DNA of 64,000 nt from Bdellovibrionales bacterium (GTDB lineage: Bacteria > Bdellovibrionota > Bdellovibrionia > Bdellovibrionales > JAMPXM01), in assembly GCA_016713885.1 (NCBI GenBank), contig JADJOF010000008.1:3221-67220 (forward strand), read 5' to 3'. Every line of letters begins with the position of its first letter. The first letter of the stretch is position 1. The notes below the pieces were generated by a model. The model had not been told where the DNA came from. It searched no databases and worked only from the letters and a program-made list of their open reading frames with translations. Shown here one piece after another: positions 39,140 through 48,843 of the stretch. The position numbers and the translations under genes were made by a program.

Positions 39140-39981
39140 TAGGAGTAAACTCCGCGACCTGATTTCCGTCCCATCCAGCCGGCTTCAACATACTTCACAA
39201 GCAGCGGACACGGGCGATACTTCGAATCGCCCAGGCCGTCGTGCAGGACATTCATGATCGCAAGACACGTGTCGAGGCCGATGAAGTCCGCAAGCGTCAG
39301 CGGTCCCATCGGTTGATTGGTGCCAAGCTTCATTGCCTCATCAATGCCTTTTGGAGAAGCGATGCCCTCATAGAGAGCGTAGAAGGCCTCATTGATCATC
39401 GGCATCAAGATGCGATTGACGATAAAGCCCGGCATGTCGCTGCCCTCGATAAAAACTTTACCCATTTTTTCAGCAACAGTTGCGACCGCTTTAAAAGTCT
39501 CATCGGCCGTCTGCAAGCCCCGAATGCCCTCAACCAACGTCATGAGCGGAACGGGATTCATGAAGTGCATACCGGCGACTTTTTCGGGCCGCTTTGTGGC
39601 GCCTGCGATTTTTGTAATCGAAATTGAAGAGGTATTCGAACAGAGGAGCGCCTGCGAATTCACGACGCGATCGAGCTCGGCAAAAATCTTAAGCTTGAGA
39701 TCGATGTTCTCGGTTGCCGCTTCAATGACAAGTTCACAGTCTTTGAGAGCGTCAAGCGAAGTCCCGGTTTGAATGCGGCCGAGGAGCGCCTTCTTTTCAA
39801 CATCGGTCATCTTCTCTTTTTTTATCAGTCGATCACAGCTTGCAGCGATCGTTTGCATACCGCGCTCAAGCTGGGCACTCGAAACATCTGTCATGACGAC
39901 CGAGAAGCCAACGCCAGCCGCGACCTGCGCGATGCCGTTTCCCATCTGCCCTGCACCAACAACACCGATTTTTGAAATCAT
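39136..39981 (-). CDS. hbd: 3-hydroxybutyryl-CoA dehydrogenase
   Basis: IGVVGAGQMGNGIAQV, NTSSISIT, HFMNPVPLM and GFIVNR. Confidence 0.85.
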   Translation of the reverse strand: MISKIGVVGAGQMGNGIAQVAAGVGFSVVMTDVSSAQLERGMQTIAASCDRLIKKEKMTDVEKKALLGRIQTGTSLDALKDCELVIEAATENIDLKLKIFAELDRVVNSQALLCSNTSSISITKIAGATKRPEKVAGMHFMNPVPLMTLVEGIRGLQTADETFKAVATVAEKMGKVFIEGSDMPGFIVNRILMPMINEAFYALYEGIASPKGIDEAMKLGTNQPMGPLTLADFIGLDTCLAIMNVLHDGLGDSKYRPCPLLVKYVEAGWMGRKSGRGVYSY

Positions 39982-40029
39982 GACCCCTCCTCGAAATGAG
40001 AAAGGCCCATCCTGACATATTAGTTTTCG

Positions 40030-41111
40030 GGAGAAAAGCGAAACGCCAGCTCAAACCGATGCTGATCAATGTTTCGACCTCGAGCATCTCTTTTGTCCCC
40101 AAAAATAGGAGGCGGAAAGCCCGCTTAAAGTCGCCGCGCAGCAGATAGAACTGCGCGCCAAAGGTCATCTCTTGCACCAAATCAGCAGATGCCTGAGTGT
40201 CAGGATCCATCGCATCGTAACGCAAGAGCAGAGCGGTGCGATTGAGCGGTTCGTACGTCAGATCAAAACGAGCCATTCGAGAACGACGCGTCAGAATGTC
40301 TTGTTGAGTTTCACCAGCAATGGACTCGAACTCAACGGCCAATTGGCGCCCAGCGGCCGTGCCGCGTTCGCCCTCACCGATCTCCCACTCCGAGCGAATA
40401 TGAAAACCACCATAGCGGAGGCGGGCCGGTTTATCCGCATCAAGCTCTGTTGCCGTCGCCGTTGTTCCGGTTGGATGTGTCGACGAAACGGCCGTGCGGC
40501 CCTTGACCGCTTAAGCCCACACGAAGCTGGCCGCGGGTGCTTCGAATTTTATATTCAGTTCGGGCCGTTGCCCAAATCTCGCGATCGCGATCGTCGCCAG
40601 CCTCGCCGTTGTGAACAAGCCACGATGATTCAAAACCGCCGGCATCGACCTGATAGAAAAAGCCAAGGTCTCGCGCTGCTAAAATTCCCTGACGCATCAC
40701 CAGCGGACGCACCCAATCGCGAGCGGACTCATCGCCCTCTTCTAAACCAAAAAGGACCGGTACAAGTCCAACACGAAAACGTCCCCAATCACTCTCCAAA
40801 CCCGCATAAGCATCAACAAGCGCCGGATCACTGCCACGCTCGTCGCCCGACAACGGCGCATAGCGCGTTGGTCGCGCGACAAGACTGCGGGTGCCAATTG
40901 AAACCTGTGCTTCAAAACGACTCGAAAGATCAAGCGCTCCTTCCCAGCGTCCACCAAAACGGGCACCGGCGAGCTGAAACTCACCGTTGCGCGGCTCCGA
41001 ATATCGAAGACTCGTCTCCACCCACGGCGCAAGCCAACGTGGCTCTCCAAGCACTTCTGCTTGTGCCGAAAATGAGATTGCGAGAGCCAAAACCGCCCCG
41101 ATCGCATGCAA
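40030..41111 (-). pseudogene. Porin-like outer-membrane beta-barrel protein, frameshifted; both ends uncertain
   Basis: ORFs 40440..41213 and 39866..40342 join at about 40455-40475 (..VDTSNRN / TTATATELDADKPARLRYGG..). There is a signal peptide from the TTG at about 41111 (HAIGAVLALAISFSAQA). The tail ..GLSWRFAF then reads through into hbd, so the true stop is unclear. Confidence 0.4.
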
Positions 41112-41249
41112 GCTCGACGATCGTCGCGGAGGACGCGCTTGTGAAAACGCTCGCACCCGGAGCAAAAGAGGCAATCGCTGTACTTTGTGACGAAGCTTTA
41201 AAATCAGGACCATCTAAAATGACATTAACGAGTGAGAATAGAAGCGTAA

Positions 41250-42656
41250 ATGGCGAATTTATCTCTTGAAACAAAACTAGCCGCACGCTTCCCCTCAATG
41301 CCGTTGATCACGGCGCTCGTTGCAGCGCTTGGCGTGACTCTCGGAAGCTCCAGTGCAGAGGCCGGCATTCCCGTCTATTTAAAACCCGAAAGTCGCTTCG
41401 CCTCTGGGCAATATGCTCGCCCATGGCTTGAGGCCCGCACCAAAGATATTCAGTTGCAGCGGTGGTTTCGAGTTTGGACAAAGACCGCTGATCGACGGAC
41501 CGTTTACGGCTGGATTGCCGAAGATCATGTTTTAACGCAGCTGCGCCTCAGCTCAATTGCAAGACTCACTCGAAACGAGCCCGATCGCTCCGAACCTTCG
41601 CTCGATAGTCTTCGCGGAGGTCGCATCCCAAAAGGCGCACAAGTCATTATTCTTGAACGAAGTGGCTTTTGGTCACGAGTACGCATTCTTGGAGAAAACG
41701 CACCCAATAAAGAGCTGAGCCGAGACTCCTGGATTCTCAATGAAGCCCTCGTTCGCGACCCCAACAATCAGGTCGAAAAAGCGTATGTGATCCAATCGAC
41801 GCCGATCCGTCTACAGCCTAACCTCAAAGTGAAACCGATTGAAAGTTTCGATCCCCACCGCGAAGTGAATGTGGTGAGTGCCGATGGAGCTTGGCTCGAG
41901 GTTCAAATTGACGCTCGGCAAATGAGCCTCGGCCTCGATATCCAAACCGGTTGGATCGAAAGAAAAAATGTCTGGCTCAGTTCCGACTTGATCTCGACCG
42001 GCGGCGAAAATGTTCGGCCACTCTTTGCAGGCCTGGAGCTTCGAAGCGCCCCGCTCCCAGATGCCAACGTCGTCACACTGCTCTCTGGCACCGAAGCCCT
42101 TCACCTCCTTGGGAGTCAGTACCTCAAATGGGGGCAGGTTCGCGTTCCCAACCACGGCGCACTCTGGTGGCCCATCACCGACGGTCACGAGGCTGATGCT
42201 GCCGCACCACCCATGACTCTTTCGACGCAGGAACTCGTCTCGCGCAGCCTCTTTGATCTTGCGGCAAGTCACTCTATTCCCGGATTTAAAATCGCCAGCG
42301 CAAAAGGTGTTTTTCAGACCACCGACGGCAAAACGTGGAAGAAAATTTCAAGCTTTGAAGAAAAGAACTTCCCCGTCGCAATCACTGGATCATCGCCAGA
42401 AAAACTCGCGCTCTTTGTCGGCCCATTTCTCTCAACCGACCAGGGCAGAACCTTCAGTGAGTGGATTCGCTGGGATCGCCTGGTTCAATCCATTAAAACA
42501 AAAACCGGGCTCCCACCCAATCGTATGCGACTCTCGGCTCTTGAAATGATCGACGATTCGGGTCAGAAAATCAGACTGACTCTTGATCTCGGGCGCGCCA
42601 AACCGGTTGTCGTCTCAACCAAAGATCGCGGCGCAAACTTTACGGTCGAACTCTAA
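41250..42656 (+). CDS. Exported hypothetical protein with SH3b-like repeats
   Basis: Signal peptide from the Met at 41298 (MPLITALVAALGVTLGSSSAEA). Segments such as KGAQVIILERSGFWSRVRI look SH3b-like. No confident family. Confidence 0.5.
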   Translation: MANLSLETKLAARFPSMPLITALVAALGVTLGSSSAEAGIPVYLKPESRFASGQYARPWLEARTKDIQLQRWFRVWTKTADRRTVYGWIAEDHVLTQLRLSSIARLTRNEPDRSEPSLDSLRGGRIPKGAQVIILERSGFWSRVRILGENAPNKELSRDSWILNEALVRDPNNQVEKAYVIQSTPIRLQPNLKVKPIESFDPHREVNVVSADGAWLEVQIDARQMSLGLDIQTGWIERKNVWLSSDLISTGGENVRPLFAGLELRSAPLPDANVVTLLSGTEALHLLGSQYLKWGQVRVPNHGALWWPITDGHEADAAAPPMTLSTQELVSRSLFDLAASHSIPGFKIASAKGVFQTTDGKTWKKISSFEEKNFPVAITGSSPEKLALFVGPFLSTDQGRTFSEWIRWDRLVQSIKTKTGLPPNRMRLSALEMIDDSGQKIRLTLDLGRAKPVVVSTKDRGANFTVEL

Positions 42657-43415
42657 TCGCTTCATAGCAGCCGACAATCGCAGCTCGCGTTCGATCGGTC
42701 AGATCCGTCACAACCTCTGTTGGCAGTTCATCACCAATAGCGGCAGGCTTTTGTAGAGCGCGAAGCGGTGGCAGAAATCGAATCTGAATCGTTGAGACCA
42801 ACGCGTGAACGTTGGCAAAGGCATGCCCTTTTCCAAGGACGCGATCGGCACCCTCGATCACCACGGGCACAACCGGCACGTCGCTACTCGACGCAAAAAT
42901 AAAAGGGCCACGCTTAAAGATTCCGATCTCGGGCTTCTCTTGACGCGTGCCCTCGGGCGCCAAGGCAAAAAGATTCCACGATTCAAGCGCCCCGAAGCCT
43001 CGCGGTAAATTTTAAGTACCTCACGGCGATTGTTACGCGCAATTGGCAGGCATCCTGCCGCACGAACCGCCGGACCAAAAAACGGCAAAGAGAAAAGTTC
43101 GATCTTCGCTCCATAGCGAATTGTCCGCAAAACAGCACCGGTCAGCGCCGGGATATCAAAATTGCTCTGGTGATTGAATGCGAGGATCGCCCCGCCGTCA
43201 GTCGGCAAGTTCTCTGCTCCTTGCACATCCAGTCTCACTCCAAAAAAAATCAAAACCAGCCGCGACCAGCCCCACATGCAAAGTGTCGTGAGTCTTTCTT
43301 TACCAAGAGTACCGAACAGCATCGTCGGTCCACTCAAAACGATCGTCAACACCGCGACAAACACCATGCCCAGCACAGCGCGTGTATAGGTCAGCGGTGC
43401 AATCAAAAGTCGCAT
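42640..43415 (-). pseudogene. plsC: 1-acyl-sn-glycerol-3-phosphate acyltransferase, one frameshift
   Basis: The NHQSNFDIP (HX4D) block is in ORF 42858..43520. The ALAPEGTR block and the rest are in ORF 42640..42963. The junction is at the C4 run 42990-42993. The ATG at 43415 shares a base with the upstream stop (TGATG). Confidence 0.75.
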
Positions 43416-44554
43416 CACAAAACCTCGTGTGCCGAGCCAAAAACGCGCTCGCGCGCCCGCTTGCGCTGCCGATCTTTGTATTGATCGTGAGCTGTCGGTC
43501 CTGTCTGTGTCGACCGCCATGTTTCAACGTCCATAATTTGAATTTCAAAAGGATAAAAGAAGCGAAACGAACGCTTCATCTCCCCTTCGCCAACAGGAAC
43601 CGTGATCAATTTTCGATTGATGAATTTGATGAAACGATGATCGGGTCCAGAGAACTGGTTGAGTTTCCCTAGGTACTCCGCTCGCGTCGAAGACTCTTCA
43701 AAACTCTTCTTGAGCCACTCATTGATCATTTCATCCGACATCGAGCCCGCGCCCGCCTGCGAGTGTTCAAGCTCGTCCATCGCCTCAAAAAACAAATTAA
43801 GGGGATAGAGCGTGTTGGCGCTCTGGTCGGGAATAATGTGTGGATAGCTGACGATGTGCGAGTCGATTAAGAATCGCACCACGCGAAACGAATCAAAAAC
43901 GCTGTGTGTGACAAAGCGAACACCGAGCTTATCGAGAAGTGTCAGCGCCACCCGCTCCGGTCGCGCCAAGAGTTTAATCACCGATGAGACGGTCGTCTTA
44001 AATGGCTTCACTTCAAACCGCTCAAGAGGAATGCGAACCTCGTCACCGACCCACGTCGTTTGCCCGGCGCGAACAATGACGGACTCGAGCGGCTTTAAAA
44101 TCTGCCCCTGAATCTCGTCTCGAAAGGCAGAAAATAGATCGTTTCGCAAATGCACATAGACGTGCATCACTCGCAGGATCGAACACGCCCATCTCTGCAA
44201 ATGCGCCGTTCCCGGCTCTCGCGATGAGGCGTAGACAAGAAGGTCGGAAATATCCTCAAGCTTCGTCGGTTCTGAAAGTTCAAGCGGAATATCTTCGCCA
44301 CTCTCAAGCAGCTGTTCGCGAATCATTGCCAGAGCACGATTGTAAGTCGCCCAAAGCTCCTCAAGGTCGGCCTTGTTCGTCGGCTCATAACCATAAGCGC
44401 GGATAAACTCGTAGGCCTCGGCGCGGCTATGAACTTCGAGGCGAGGAATATCGAGTACCGATCGGCCGCCAACTGCGCAATCCAATGACTGACGCGAAAA
44501 CGCAAATGGCGAATGAGAGGCGGGCGACGACTGAGGAACCTTTGGATCTGGCAT
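43415..44554 (-). CDS. RelA/SpoT-domain (small alarmone synthetase-like) nucleotidyltransferase
   Basis: The order of synthetase-type motifs is KPFKTTVSSVIKLL, DKLGVRFVT, FEIQIMDVETW, HDQYKDRQ. I preferred the ATG at 44554; the long ORF start at 44686 would overlap the patatin gene. Confidence 0.6.
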   Translation of the reverse strand: MPDPKVPQSSPASHSPFAFSRQSLDCAVGGRSVLDIPRLEVHSRAEAYEFIRAYGYEPTNKADLEELWATYNRALAMIREQLLESGEDIPLELSEPTKLEDISDLLVYASSREPGTAHLQRWACSILRVMHVYVHLRNDLFSAFRDEIQGQILKPLESVIVRAGQTTWVGDEVRIPLERFEVKPFKTTVSSVIKLLARPERVALTLLDKLGVRFVTHSVFDSFRVVRFLIDSHIVSYPHIIPDQSANTLYPLNLFFEAMDELEHSQAGAGSMSDEMINEWLKKSFEESSTRAEYLGKLNQFSGPDHRFIKFINRKLITVPVGEGEMKRSFRFFYPFEIQIMDVETWRSTQTGPTAHDQYKDRQRKRARERVFGSAHEVL

Positions 44555-44643
44555 TTCACCGTGATCATCAAAGTGTGACCCGATACAGGCAAGCCAAGAC
44601 TTCGCCCTGCTGCATTGCACAGCATAATGAGCGCTGAAACACG

Positions 44644-46707
44644 CTAAAAGTAAAACTGCAGGCCAAACCCTGGAAGCAGTTGCCACGGAACTTGTTTGTC
44701 GTTTTGAAACGGCATAGCCTCAAACATGAGCTGTAAGCGAAGACGCTCAAAGAGGGTGAGCGAAAATCCCGTCCTCAAAACCGTGCCCCGACGGCGAAGT
44801 GGCGCCAAGCGCTCAGTCTGACAAATTCCATCGCCCGACGTTTCAGCAAATTTGTAGCCACCACCGAGCTGAAAACGCGTTTGAATGTAACTCGAAGCGA
44901 GGTCGCGAGGCTCCCACTCAACGCCCGCAAATGGCGTCAGCACCGCGCGGCCACCATCAGGCCCAAGCCAGGCCGAGAGGTTCTCTATACCAAGACCAAA
45001 ATTCCACCGCGTGCGGACAGTGCCTTGATCGTCCAGCAAGGTCGACGTTTCCGCTGTCGCCTGCGGACCGAGCGTCATCGAAAAATCGCGCTCGACAGGA
45101 AGTGCTTCGATGACGTTGAGTGCGAGTGGACCGGCCGTCCGAAAAATAAACGCATCGGTCGTCGACTGCGACTCCGCAAGATGAGAGACGGCTTTGATCG
45201 CCTCAGTCTTGATCCGCGCTGGAGCTCGCCACGCCTCTTCCCCACTCAAGCCAAGATCTCGATACTCATAGCGTTCTTTCGCAAGCCACCCCGCCAAAAC
45301 CGAAAAATCCGTTCGTTTTTCGCGAAGCCGTGACGCCGCCAATCGCGCAAGGAGAACAAAACTCTTATCCGTCATGCCTGCACACGTGCTCTTTCCGTGA
45401 TCTTGCGCCGGCGAACGTAAAACCTGATCAAGACAGGCAAGCCTTTTCGCATCGTCAGAAGCCAAGTCAAATTCGGGAAGGCGCATCTCTTGACCGACAG
45501 CCACTGCGCCCCGTCGCAAATTTTCTTTAAGCGACGTCGTAAAGTATTCACGCGCCTCCCAAAGACCGAGGTAGAAATCAAAAGAACGAAAATCGCGTTC
45601 GAAAAAACCGAAAAATCCGAGCAGCGAGTCCCCCATCCGCGGCACGCTGTTCTTGGGTGCTGCGATCTGTGCCTCCAGCATCGGCGCTTGCTCGAGAAGT
45701 GCGGCTGAATCCTGATTTCGTGAGGGACCAAAGAGACCGTCAAAGACGCTCGGCAAAACTGAAAAGGCCCGTGAATCGGCCGCTCCGCGCTTTGATTCAT
45801 CTCGCACATAGGTCACAGCGCTCAGGTCAGAATAAAAATACAAGAGACGGTTGCCAACGCGACTCTCTCCTCCCGAACCTGGAATCTCACGCCACATCAA
45901 TCGACCACATGAATCATCTATAAGCCCCATCCGAGAAATCTTTTCTGCAAATGCGAGTGGCTTGTTGTCGAAGATCCCTCCGTCAGCAAAAGCGGCTTTC
46001 TCCAAATCGTCCTTTGGACACTGAAACGGTAAATCAAGATGCGACCACCGCTCGGAATTGCCAGCGACACAGGTTTGAAGATCCGCCGGTTGAAATGCGA
46101 CAGGAAAAGCAGAGCTCGCAAACAGCACCTGTTTGAGCGTTTGAAAGTTCTGCGCGTCGTTTCCCGGCTCAAGATCGACAAGCATTGGCTTAGGAAACAG
46201 CGCCGGATTCACATAGTTGGTAAGCCTGGGCGGCCGCCCCGGCCCCTGACCCCGCACTCGAAGCGTCACTTTTTCTCCCCGACGCGAAAACCCAATGTTC
46301 GACATGTCTCTGAGCGGCTCAACGCGTGTCACCGAAAAACCAAGAACCACATCGCACGAATGCGAAAGTCCCACGTTCCATTTCGCCTCAAGCTCGCTCG
46401 TGATCCCGTCAAACGCCTTCCGCGAAAGAAGCGCGCCACTCTCACCATTCAATGGCAAAAGCTCTTTGGCTTTGAACCCAACCCACATTTTGTAAAAGGC
46501 GCTTTGCGAAGGACGTCGATCTTCACCGCCGCATACAGAGAGCAGCGCAAGTAACGCATTGAGCGCTCCTGCCGATGAGCCAGTCATCAATCGCGTTTGA
46601 AGAAGCATCGGATTTTCGCGAAGCACGAGACTCGAATAGTAGAGTGAGCCCGCTTGATACGCGCCAAGAGAAACACCACCGCTCAACGTGAGCGCCACCG
46701 GAATCAC
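44644..46707 (-). CDS. Patatin-like phospholipase with a C-terminal beta-barrel-like region
   Basis: SGGVSLGAYQAG (oxyanion Gly-rich loop), GSSAG (GxSxG), ADGGIFDN (catalytic Asp). The C-terminal about 150 aa has alternating polarity and ends ..GFGLQFYF. No N-terminal signal peptide is visible. Confidence 0.7.
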   Translation of the reverse strand: MIPVALTLSGGVSLGAYQAGSLYYSSLVLRENPMLLQTRLMTGSSAGALNALLALLSVCGGEDRRPSQSAFYKMWVGFKAKELLPLNGESGALLSRKAFDGITSELEAKWNVGLSHSCDVVLGFSVTRVEPLRDMSNIGFSRRGEKVTLRVRGQGPGRPPRLTNYVNPALFPKPMLVDLEPGNDAQNFQTLKQVLFASSAFPVAFQPADLQTCVAGNSERWSHLDLPFQCPKDDLEKAAFADGGIFDNKPLAFAEKISRMGLIDDSCGRLMWREIPGSGGESRVGNRLLYFYSDLSAVTYVRDESKRGAADSRAFSVLPSVFDGLFGPSRNQDSAALLEQAPMLEAQIAAPKNSVPRMGDSLLGFFGFFERDFRSFDFYLGLWEAREYFTTSLKENLRRGAVAVGQEMRLPEFDLASDDAKRLACLDQVLRSPAQDHGKSTCAGMTDKSFVLLARLAASRLREKRTDFSVLAGWLAKERYEYRDLGLSGEEAWRAPARIKTEAIKAVSHLAESQSTTDAFIFRTAGPLALNVIEALPVERDFSMTLGPQATAETSTLLDDQGTVRTRWNFGLGIENLSAWLGPDGGRAVLTPFAGVEWEPRDLASSYIQTRFQLGGGYKFAETSGDGICQTERLAPLRRRGTVLRTGFSLTLFERLRLQLMFEAMPFQNDKQVPWQLLPGFGLQFYF

Positions 46708-46796
46708 CGACCGCGAGTTCTCGCACAGCGGCTCCTGCCCGATTGCCTCTTTGGATGCACTGTGCCATAACGCCTCTCACAAGGGAGATGACACAT

Positions 46797-47423
46797 ATGA
46801 AACACCTTCTCACGCTTCGGAGCCTGCTTGCCGCCCTCATCACCATTGTGACCTCTGGCGCTTTCTCATCGCCAGCCTCTGCCGATGACCAGGTCAGCTC
46901 TCTGCTTTTCACCTGTAACCTCAGCTTCAAAGCCACCGGCAAGTCGATCTACGTCGGCGTCGGCTACACCGATGTTGAGGGCTCAGGAACAATCTCATGC
47001 TACGATCTTTTGACCGGAGCCACTCAACACCTCCCCGTCAAAGTGAAGGCCAGAGGCCCAGGCGCTGGCCTTGGCGTCACAGGACTTGTACTTTCGGGCG
47101 CCGCAACCGGCGTCGGCGTGACAAAAGGACCTGAGAACCTCTTGGGACGCTACGGTATGATCCGCGGCAATGCCGCCGTTGGCGTTGGCGCCGCTGGTGG
47201 TGTTGCACTTCGCCTCAGCAATGGCTCGGTGACAGTTGATGTGAGCCTTGAAGCCCAAAGCGGTCTCGGTGCTGGCGTTGATTTGCTCTGGATCGATATT
47301 GAGAGCGACGGCGCGATCCGCACCGAGGCGGCAAAAATCGCAACCCCGCCGGTGATCGCCGCTCCGGCCGCGCAACAACAACCGATCCGCGTGAGCGCTC
47401 CCAAGACCATCTATCTCCCCTAA
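46797..47423 (+). CDS. Exported Gly/Ala/Val-rich hypothetical protein
   Basis: ATG at 46797 after AAGGGAGA. Signal sequence MKHLLTLRSLLAALITIVTSGAFSSPASA. Confidence 0.55.
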   Translation: MKHLLTLRSLLAALITIVTSGAFSSPASADDQVSSLLFTCNLSFKATGKSIYVGVGYTDVEGSGTISCYDLLTGATQHLPVKVKARGPGAGLGVTGLVLSGAATGVGVTKGPENLLGRYGMIRGNAAVGVGAAGGVALRLSNGSVTVDVSLEAQSGLGAGVDLLWIDIESDGAIRTEAAKIATPPVIAAPAAQQQPIRVSAPKTIYLP

Positions 47424-47502
47424 GGCCAGCCGCTTCAGATCATCGACAGTCAGGGCCGTTTGCTGCAAACGATCTATCTCAAACCCGCTCGTCCCTAAAA
47501 GA

Positions 47503-47533
47503 AAAACACCTTTCGACAACCGAAAGGTGTTTT
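47503..47533. terminator. Bidirectional rho-independent terminator
   Basis: Perfect 13-bp stem AAAACACCTTTCG-acaac-CGAAAGGTGTTTT, with an A-run and T-run on either side, between convergent genes. Confidence 0.75.
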
Positions 47534-47567
47534 CATACTGATGGTCGACGACCTGACATTCACGCCC

Positions 47568-48236
47568 TCACTGGCAGCGAAAGAACTCACATGTTGGAAC
47601 AGCGAAGTCGCCAAGAACTCCGGCCGCTCCAGGGCTTGAGCCATCGTAGCGAATGCGGTTGTCATAGCTGATTGTTCCGCGGAAGTACTTCGAATCGAAA
47701 CTACCACTTAAAGTCACAGAGCCCGTTGGACCGGTGAACGTCAGATTTCTGATCGTGTTGCCTGAAATCGTACCCGATGCTTGGTTATAGTCAAAACTGA
47801 AGGCTTCAACCTTTTTTCCGTCCTGAGCGATGCGGCCTGTGTACTCATCAACAACTGCGATCACCAATGCCGAATCCGAACGAATGTTCATCTGCGTGCT
47901 CGAATTGACATTGAGAACTCCAGACTGAAGCTCCACTTTGCCCGCGAGAAATACACCCGTTCCATTGGCTTCGGCCGATACAAATCCGACGTAGTCAGCA
48001 GAAGCCTTCGAGTCGACAAGACCAACCACAGCCTCTTGAAAGAGATCTTGATTGCCCGGTGAAAACACCCAGCCGTTGAGCGTTCGACCATTTGCAAGCG
48101 TCGCTGCTCCAGCAGGAGATACACCTCGACCTGACGTGGTGATCGGCGTCGCACCTTCCTGTTTTGTACATCCACCGAGAACGGCGAGAGCAAAGGCAGC
48201 GACTGTGATTTGGCGAACAAGCTTGGTGAGTTCCAT
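47568..48236 (-). CDS. Hypothetical lipoprotein
   Basis: MELTKLVRQITVAAFALAVLGGC (lipobox-like LGGC). I chose the ATG at 48236. Confidence 0.55.
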   Translation of the reverse strand: MELTKLVRQITVAAFALAVLGGCTKQEGATPITTSGRGVSPAGAATLANGRTLNGWVFSPGNQDLFQEAVVGLVDSKASADYVGFVSAEANGTGVFLAGKVELQSGVLNVNSSTQMNIRSDSALVIAVVDEYTGRIAQDGKKVEAFSFDYNQASGTISGNTIRNLTFTGPTGSVTLSGSFDSKYFRGTISYDNRIRYDGSSPGAAGVLGDFAVPTCEFFRCQ

Positions 48237-48407
48237 GGGAACCTCCTCTTCAATTAAGAGGTAGGGCAAGCTTCGGGCCAGCTCTTCTCAAAGAAAAAGG
48301 CCACGCAGGAACTCACTCAATCGCACAAGACCACGGCTGCCGCTCCTAGCCTACAGCTGTCAAAAGCTTATTCAGCACAGTCTCAAAATGAGACGACAGT
48401 CAGCCCG

Positions 48408-48782
48408 TTAAACTCGACCCTGACTTTTCAGGCTTGCGACCTCATCGTCGGTGAAAACACGAGAACGCGTGAGAAAGCGAAGGCCTTCGGATCCCTCTAG
48501 GGAAAACATCCCGCCACGACCCGAAACAACGTCGATGATCAATTGCGTGTGCTTCCAATACTCGAATTGGGGTTTGCTGATATAGAAGGGCATGTCGCCG
48601 ATGTACCCCAGCAGCTGATCCTGGTCGCCAACCATTAGCTCTCCCTGCGTATAACACATCGGCGCACTGCCATCGCAACAACCGCCCGATTGATGAAACA
48701 TCACCGGACCGTGCTTTTCGACGAGCCTCTTGATCAACGCAATCGCTTGGTCTGTGGCCGTCACCTGCTGAAGCTTTTCCAT
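48408..48782 (-). CDS. DUF779 domain protein
   Basis: HGPVMFHQSGGCCDGSAPMCY...FEYWKHTQLIIDVVSGRGGMFSLEG matches my memory of DUF779. Its usual position next to an aldehyde dehydrogenase also fits. Confidence 0.75.
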   Translation of the reverse strand: MEKLQQVTATDQAIALIKRLVEKHGPVMFHQSGGCCDGSAPMCYTQGELMVGDQDQLLGYIGDMPFYISKPQFEYWKHTQLIIDVVSGRGGMFSLEGSEGLRFLTRSRVFTDDEVASLKSQGRV

Positions 48783-48843
48783 TTTTATATTCGGGGCCAA
48801 ACTGTTCAGTCTTAGCCCCGATCCTAACGACAATATGGACGTT

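Noticed and set aside
40172-41269. Long plus-strand ORF (365 aa). Other long shadow ORFs are 19839..20612, 9678..10280, 32344..33030, 36652..37383, 34400..35050, 49750..50412 and 57750..58436.
   Set aside because: Each lies antisense to, or out of frame within, a gene with clear homology-type motifs. Each has the Arg/Ser/Pro/His-rich composition typical of non-coding frames in GC-rich DNA. None has a recognisable motif.
43415-46707. Calling the patatin + nucleotidyltransferase pair a CBASS system.
   Set aside because: The nucleotidyltransferase shows RelA/SpoT motifs, not the cGAS/DncV-type GS...DxD pattern. The patatin is twice the size of CapV, and the third gene is plsC. I kept it as an open finding and did not call it a CBASS system.
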